Below are positions 55,370 to 64,000 of a stretch of DNA of 64,000 nucleotides, one piece after another. Both the position numbers and the translations under genes were made by a program. A model generated the notes under the pieces. That model searched no databases. It saw only the letters and a list, made by a program, of their open reading frames with translations, and was not told the origin of the DNA. Within the stretch, counting starts at the first letter, position 1. Each line of letters begins with the position of its first letter. This DNA is from the human T2T-CHM13v2.0 reference genome, Homo sapiens. The stretch lies in the NCBI RefSeq assembly GCF_009914755.1, contig NC_060936.1; one strand, written 5' to 3'.

Positions 55370-55668
55370 TAGCATACGTTGCTGGTGGGAACATAAAATG
55401 GCATGGCCACTGAGGAGAATAGTTTGGCAGTGCCTCGAAATGTTAAACGTAGTTATCTGGGACTCACCAGATCCTTCCTAGTATATACCCAAGAGAATTG
55501 AAACTATCTGTCCACACGAAAACTTGTACATGAATATTCATAGCAGCATTACTCATAATAGCCAAAAAGTGGGAAACAACACAGATGTCCATCAACTGAT
55601 AGATAAACCAAAGGTGGTATTATAGTATCCACATGCAGTGGAATATTGTTTGACAATAAAAAGGAATG
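55370..55668 (+). mobile_element. Older L1M (L1MB-like) 3' fragment, left part
   Basis: GCTGGTGGGAACATAAAATGG...TATATACCCAAGAGAATTGAAA...GTGGAATATT...ATAAAAAGGAATG. Confidence 0.8.
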
Positions 55669-56068
55669 GGTGAGCGACACAGAAGACGGGTGATTTCTGC
55701 ATTTCCATCTGAGGTACCAGGTTCATCTCACTAGGGAGTACCAGACAGTGGGTGCAGGACAGTGGGTGCAGCGCACCGTGCGCGAGCCAAAGCTGGGCGA
55801 GGCACTGCCTCACTTGGGAAGCACAAGGGGTCAGGGAGTTCCCTTTTCTAGTCAAAGAAAGGGGTGACAGACAGCACCTGGAAAATCGGGTCACTCCCAC
55901 CCTAATACTGCGCTTTTCCAACGGGCTTAAAAAACGGCACACCAGGAGATTATATCCCGCACATGGCTCGGAGGTTCCTACGCCCACGGAGTCTCACTGA
56001 TTGCTAGCACAGCAGTCTGAGTTCAAACTGCAAGGCGGCAGCGAGGCTGGGGGAGGGGCACCTGCCAT
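55592..56068 (-). pseudogene. L1 ORF0 / antisense promoter region, ORF0 truncated at codon 25
   Basis: ATG GCA GGT GCC CCT CCC CCA (MAGAPPP) at 56068; CGA>TGA at 55996-55994; in-frame remainder is ORF-track entry 55592..55987. Confidence 0.8.
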
Positions 56069-56660
56069 TGCCCAGGCTTGATTAGGTAAACAAAGCAGCC
56101 GGGAAGCTCGAACTGGGTGGAGCCCACCACAGCTCAAGGAGGTCTGCTTGCCTCTGTAGGCTCCACCTCTGGGGGCAGGGCACAGACAAACAAAAAGACA
56201 GCAGTAACCTCTGCAGACTTAAATGTCCCTGTCTGACGGCTTTGAAGAGAGTAGTGGTTCTCCCAGCACGCAGCTGGAGATCTGAGAACGGGCAGACTGC
56301 CTCCTCAAGTGGGTCCCTGACCCCTGAGCAGCCTAACTGGGAGGCACCCCCCAGTAGGGGCAGACTGACACCTCACATGGCCAGGTACTCCTCTGAGACA
56401 AAACTTCCAGAGGAACGATCCGGCAGCAGCATTTGTGGGTCACCAAAATCCGCTGTTCTACAGCCACTGCTGTTCTGCAGCCACTGCTGCTGACACCCAG
56501 GCAAAAAGGGTCTGGAGTGGACCTCTAGCAAACTCCAACAGACCTGCAGCTGAGGGTCCTGTCTGTTAGAAGGAAAACTAACAAACAGAAAGGACGTCCA
56601 CACCAAAACCCATCTGTACGTCACCATCATCAAAGACCAAAAGTAGGTAAAACCACAAAG

Positions 56661-57677
56661 ATGGGGAAAAAACAGAGCAGAAAAACTGGAAACTCTAAAA
56701 AGCAGAGCGCCTCTCCTCCTCCAAAGGAACGCAGCTCCTCACCAGCAACGGAACAAAGCTGGATGGAGAATGACTTTGACGAGTTGAGAGAAGAAGGCTT
56801 CAGATGATCAAACAACTCCGAGCTACAGGAGGAAATTCAAACCAATGTCAAAGAAGTTAGAAACCTTGAAAAAAAATTAGACAAATGGATAACTAGAATA
56901 ACCAATGCAGAAAAGTCCTTAAAGGAGCTGAAGGAGCTGAAAGCCAAGGCTTGAGAACTACATGAAGAATGCAGAAGCCTCAGGAGCCGATGCGATCAAC
57001 TGGAAGAAAGGGTATCAGTGATGGAAGACGAAATGAATGAAATGAAGCGAGAAGGGAAGTTTAGAGAAAAAAGAATAAAAAGAAATGAACAAAGCCTCCA
57101 AGAAATATGGGACTATGTGAAAAGACCAAATCTACCTCTGATTGGTGTACCTGAAAGTGACGGGGAGAATGGAACCAAGTTGGAAAACACTCTGCAGGAT
57201 ATTATCCAGGAGAACTTCCCCAATCTAGCAAGGCAGGCCAACATTCAGATTCAGGAAATACAGAGAATGCCACAAAGATACTCCTCGAGAAGAACAACTC
57301 CAAGACACATAATTGTCAGATTCACCAAAGTTGAAATGAAGGAAAAAATGTTAAGGGCAGCCAGAGGGAAAGGTCGGGTTGCCCACAAAGGGAAGCCCAT
57401 CAGACTAACAGGGGATCTCTCGGCAGAAACTCTACAAGCCAGAAGAGAGTGGGGGCCAACATTCAACATTCTTAAAGAAAAGAATTTTCAACCCAGAATT
57501 TCATATCCAGCCAAACTAAGCTTCATAAGTGAAGGAGAAATAAAATACTTCACAGACAAGCAAATGCTGAGAGATTTTGTCACCACCAGGCCTGCCCTAA
57601 AAGAGCTCCTGAAGGAAGCACTAAACATGGAAAGGAACAACCGGTACCAGCCACTGCAAAAACATGCCAGAATGTAA
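56661..57677 (+). pseudogene. L1 ORF1 (338 codons), two nonsense mutations
   Basis: ATGGGGAAAAAACAG start; CGA>TGA at codon 49 (56805) and codon 98 (56952); C-terminal 219 aa in ORF track. Confidence 0.93.
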
Positions 57678-57740
57678 AGACCATCAAGGCTAGGAAGAAA
57701 CTGCATCAACTAACGAGCAAAATAACCAGCTAACATCATA

Positions 57741-61568
<3,828 letters not shown>

Positions 61569-61802
61569 ACAGTGAGAACACATGGACACAGGAAGGGGAA
61601 CATCACACTCTGGGGCCTGTTGTGGGGTGGGGGGAGGGGGGTGGGATAGCATTAGGAGATATACCTAATGTTAAACGATGAGTTAATGGGTGCAGCACAC
61701 CAACATGGCACATGTATACATATGCAACAAATCTGCACATTGTGCACACGTACCCTAAAACTTAAAGTGTAATTATAATAAAAAAATTAAAAAAAAGGAA
61801 TG

Positions 61803-62150
61803 AAGCACTTATGCATGCCACAATGTAGATGAGCGTTGAAAATAATCTGCTAATTAGAAGAAGCCAGACACAAAAGGCCGTCTATTACACATGACTCCAG
61901 CTACTACATGAAATGTTCAGAATGGGCAAACCCATATAGATAGAAAGTAGGATAGTCATTGCCAGGAGCTGGAGGGAGGAGGGAAGGGGGAGTGACTGCT
62001 AACAGGTATAGGGTTTCTTTTTGGGGTGATAACATTTTCTGGAATTAGTGGTGATGGTCACACAACCATATGAATTTGCTAAAAACTGTTAAATCATGCA
62101 CTTTAAAATGTTCAATTTTATGTTATATCTCAGTGCAAAAATAATAGAGT
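61803..62150 (+). mobile_element. Older L1M (L1MB-like) 3' fragment, right part
   Basis: Resumes exactly after the TSD: AAGCACTTATGCATGCCACAATGTAGATG...GAAGCCAGACACAAAAGG...GGGTTTCTTTTTGGGGTGAT. Confidence 0.8.
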
Positions 62151-62167
62151 TTTTAAAATGGGTTCTA

Positions 62168-62450
62168 GGCTGGGCACTGCGGCTTATGCCTGTAATTCCA
62201 ACACTTTTGGTAGGTGGAGGTGAGAGGATCACTTGAGCTCACAGTGTCAAGATCAGTCTGGGCAACATAATGAGACCTCATTTCTACAAAAACTTTTTAA
62301 AAAATTATCCAGCTGTGGTGATACATGCCTGTAGTTCTAGCTACTTGGGAACCTGAGGTGGGAGGATCACTTGAGCTCAGGAGGTCAAGGCTGCAGTGAG
62401 CCGTAATTGCGCCTGGGCAACAGAGCGAGACTCTTTCAAAATAAAAATTT
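62168..62450 (+). mobile_element. AluJ
   Basis: Diverged dimer; degenerate TSD TTTTAAAA..G.GTTCTA. Confidence 0.9.
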
Positions 62451-63034
62451 TAAAAGTGTGTTCTATTATTGAAGATAAAAAAGGAGGAAATATCATTTTG
62501 GGGACAATGATGTCTGTCACAGTTCCCTAGAATGAGTTCATCAGAAAAAATTCTCTTTAGAATAGGTTTGAGTTAATGGAATAGAAGGGAAAAAATGAAA
62601 TAGAAAGAAAAAAAAAGAAGAGAACACAATGATACACAGAGGAACAAGTCCAAGCAAAGGGTAAAGAGAGATGTTCTCAAGTTCTGAAGCCTTCGGTTCA
62701 GTTTGTTACCACTCCTGTGACTCTTGGTAGGCATTAAGCCTTGACTTTCCATTTGAACTCATAAAACAAGATAAAGTTTAGGAGAATAATGTCCAAGGCA
62801 CAAGGTCGCTGACTTTAAACTTCTGCAAAATTAGCAACTTGGTCCTTTGCTATCCATGACTTTCAAAGTGGGACTAGTCAGAGCCTGGGAAACACTCCAG
62901 AGAAATCATGGTCTGGCCCTCATCACTTTTGGTCATTGAGTAAGAAACTCGAGGGAGTAGCGGCATGAATATTCCTAAATTTGAAACCCTGGGTTTATAG
63001 AAAAGAGTGGTAAGAATAATTAACAGATTAAGAG

Positions 63035-63200
63035 GAAAGTGTAGCATCGTAGAAGGATCATCAACTTTGGAGTTAGCCCTGCGTTCAAGCCCTGGCATTG
63101 CAGTTTGCTAGCCATGAGACTTTGCGCAAGTAAAGTAAATGTATTTAAGCTATCTGAACCTCAGTTCACTTCTCTATGAGATGAGCACGATACTGCCTAC
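63035..63200 (+). mobile_element. MIR
   Basis: GTTCAAGCCCTGGC...TGAGACTTTGCGCAAGT...TCTGAACCTCAGTT. Confidence 0.7.
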
Positions 63201-63235
63201 TATATCCTGCTTCCGTAGGCACTTATCTATGTGTC

Positions 63236-63820
63236 TGTATTAATCAGGATTTTTTCAGTTGCAAATGACAGATCCTAACTCCAACTAGCTTAAGGAAAAC
63301 ATAAAAACCTGGAAGAGCGGGAGCTGCTAGTGGTGGTGGTGGTAATGGTAGTGATGGTGGTGGGGTTGGGGGCTGGAGTTTTTGGATTGTATAACCAGGA
63401 AGGGTAGATGTGAGGGCAGAAACTTCCTGGAACTAGGAAGCCAAAGCCCTTGGACTCTCTCTTCACCACTCATGCAAACACGTCTCTCCATGCTGTCTTT
63501 ATTCTTCAAAACCTGAGTCTCAGGGTCGCTAGAACCATATCGGCTGGCGCTGCAGGCTCGCTTCTGGTCAAAGAGAGGAAAGGGACATCTCCTAGCTTTG
63601 GCTTCAAAAGTCCTAGGGAAGAAATCTGATTACCCTGACTTCAGACACCTACCTGCCAACTTCTTGGACCCCTAACTGTGACCGTGTGTGTGTATGTGTG
63701 TGCATACCACCAGGTACCATGCTGGGCCCAGCCTAGGTCAGGGCCACACCCCTGAGGCCAGAGGAGGTGGAGTCTGTTACCAGAAGAAGGGGGATGGGGA
63801 GAGGCACTGCACACACCCAA
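63236..63820 (+). mobile_element. ERVL LTR (LTR33-like)
   Basis: Starts TGTATTAATCAGGATTTTTTCAGTTGCAAATGACAGA...AACTAGCTTAAG; later CCTAGGTCAGGGCCACACCCCTG. Confidence 0.6.
63330..63362 (+). repeat. (GGT)n trinucleotide tract
   Basis: GTGGTGGTGGTGGTAATGGTAGTGATGGTGGTGG. Confidence 0.8.
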
Positions 63821-64000
63821 ACATGACTCATGTCTACCCTATGTCTACACATGTCTACTGCATGTCCCATTCCCAGTCAACCCATCCTTCCTCCCTCACA
63901 TACCCAGCTCCCTTTCTCCTACTCCACATCTCAGTGAAAAGCATCACCCAGGGGCTGAAGCCAGAAATCTGGGAGCCAAGCTGTATTCTTTCCTCTGGCT

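Noticed and set aside
53906-55700. Twin-priming inversion linking the two opposed L1s
   Set aside because: Each has its own poly-A tail, TSD and subfamily diagnostics, so they are independent insertions.
63327-63509. His-tail ORF (HHHHYHYHHHH)
   Set aside because: Translation of a (GGT)n microsatellite inside an LTR relic.

Overview
Primate (almost certainly human) genomic DNA. It holds the 5' two-thirds of APPL2 (DIP13B; BAR-PH-PTB endosomal adaptor) on the minus strand. I mapped coding exons 1-14 by translation and GT-AG boundaries: ATG at 45828, exon 14 ends at 5102, and exon 15 onward lies beyond position 1. A CpG-island promoter sits at ~45.5-46.15 kb, followed by ~18 kb of upstream sequence dominated by transposons: a near-full-length dead L1PA4-like LINE-1 (55669-61791) nested in an older L1MB, itself nested in a MaLR LTR; an inverted L1PA8-like fragment; L2, MIR and DNA-transposon relics. 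About 20 Alus are spread over the whole window. I see no evidence of a wholly new gene or biological system, and nearly all ORF-track entries are repeat-derived or spurious. The most notable structure: (1) a ~190-bp fossil templated insertion copying a MIR/LTR junction from 63.1-63.3 kb into an L2 at 50.3-50.5 kb; (2) an L1 lacking its YY1 site, with an extra 5' G and an antisense promoter aimed into APPL2; (3) a triplicated ETS+TGTGG unit in the promoter; (4) an Alu carrying a perfect 14-bp template-switch hairpin; (5) phase-symmetric exon blocks bracketed by inverted Alus, predicting stop-free circRNAs; (6) alternative splice signals. Repeat subfamily calls come from remembered consensus sequences and need RepeatMasker/Dfam confirmation.
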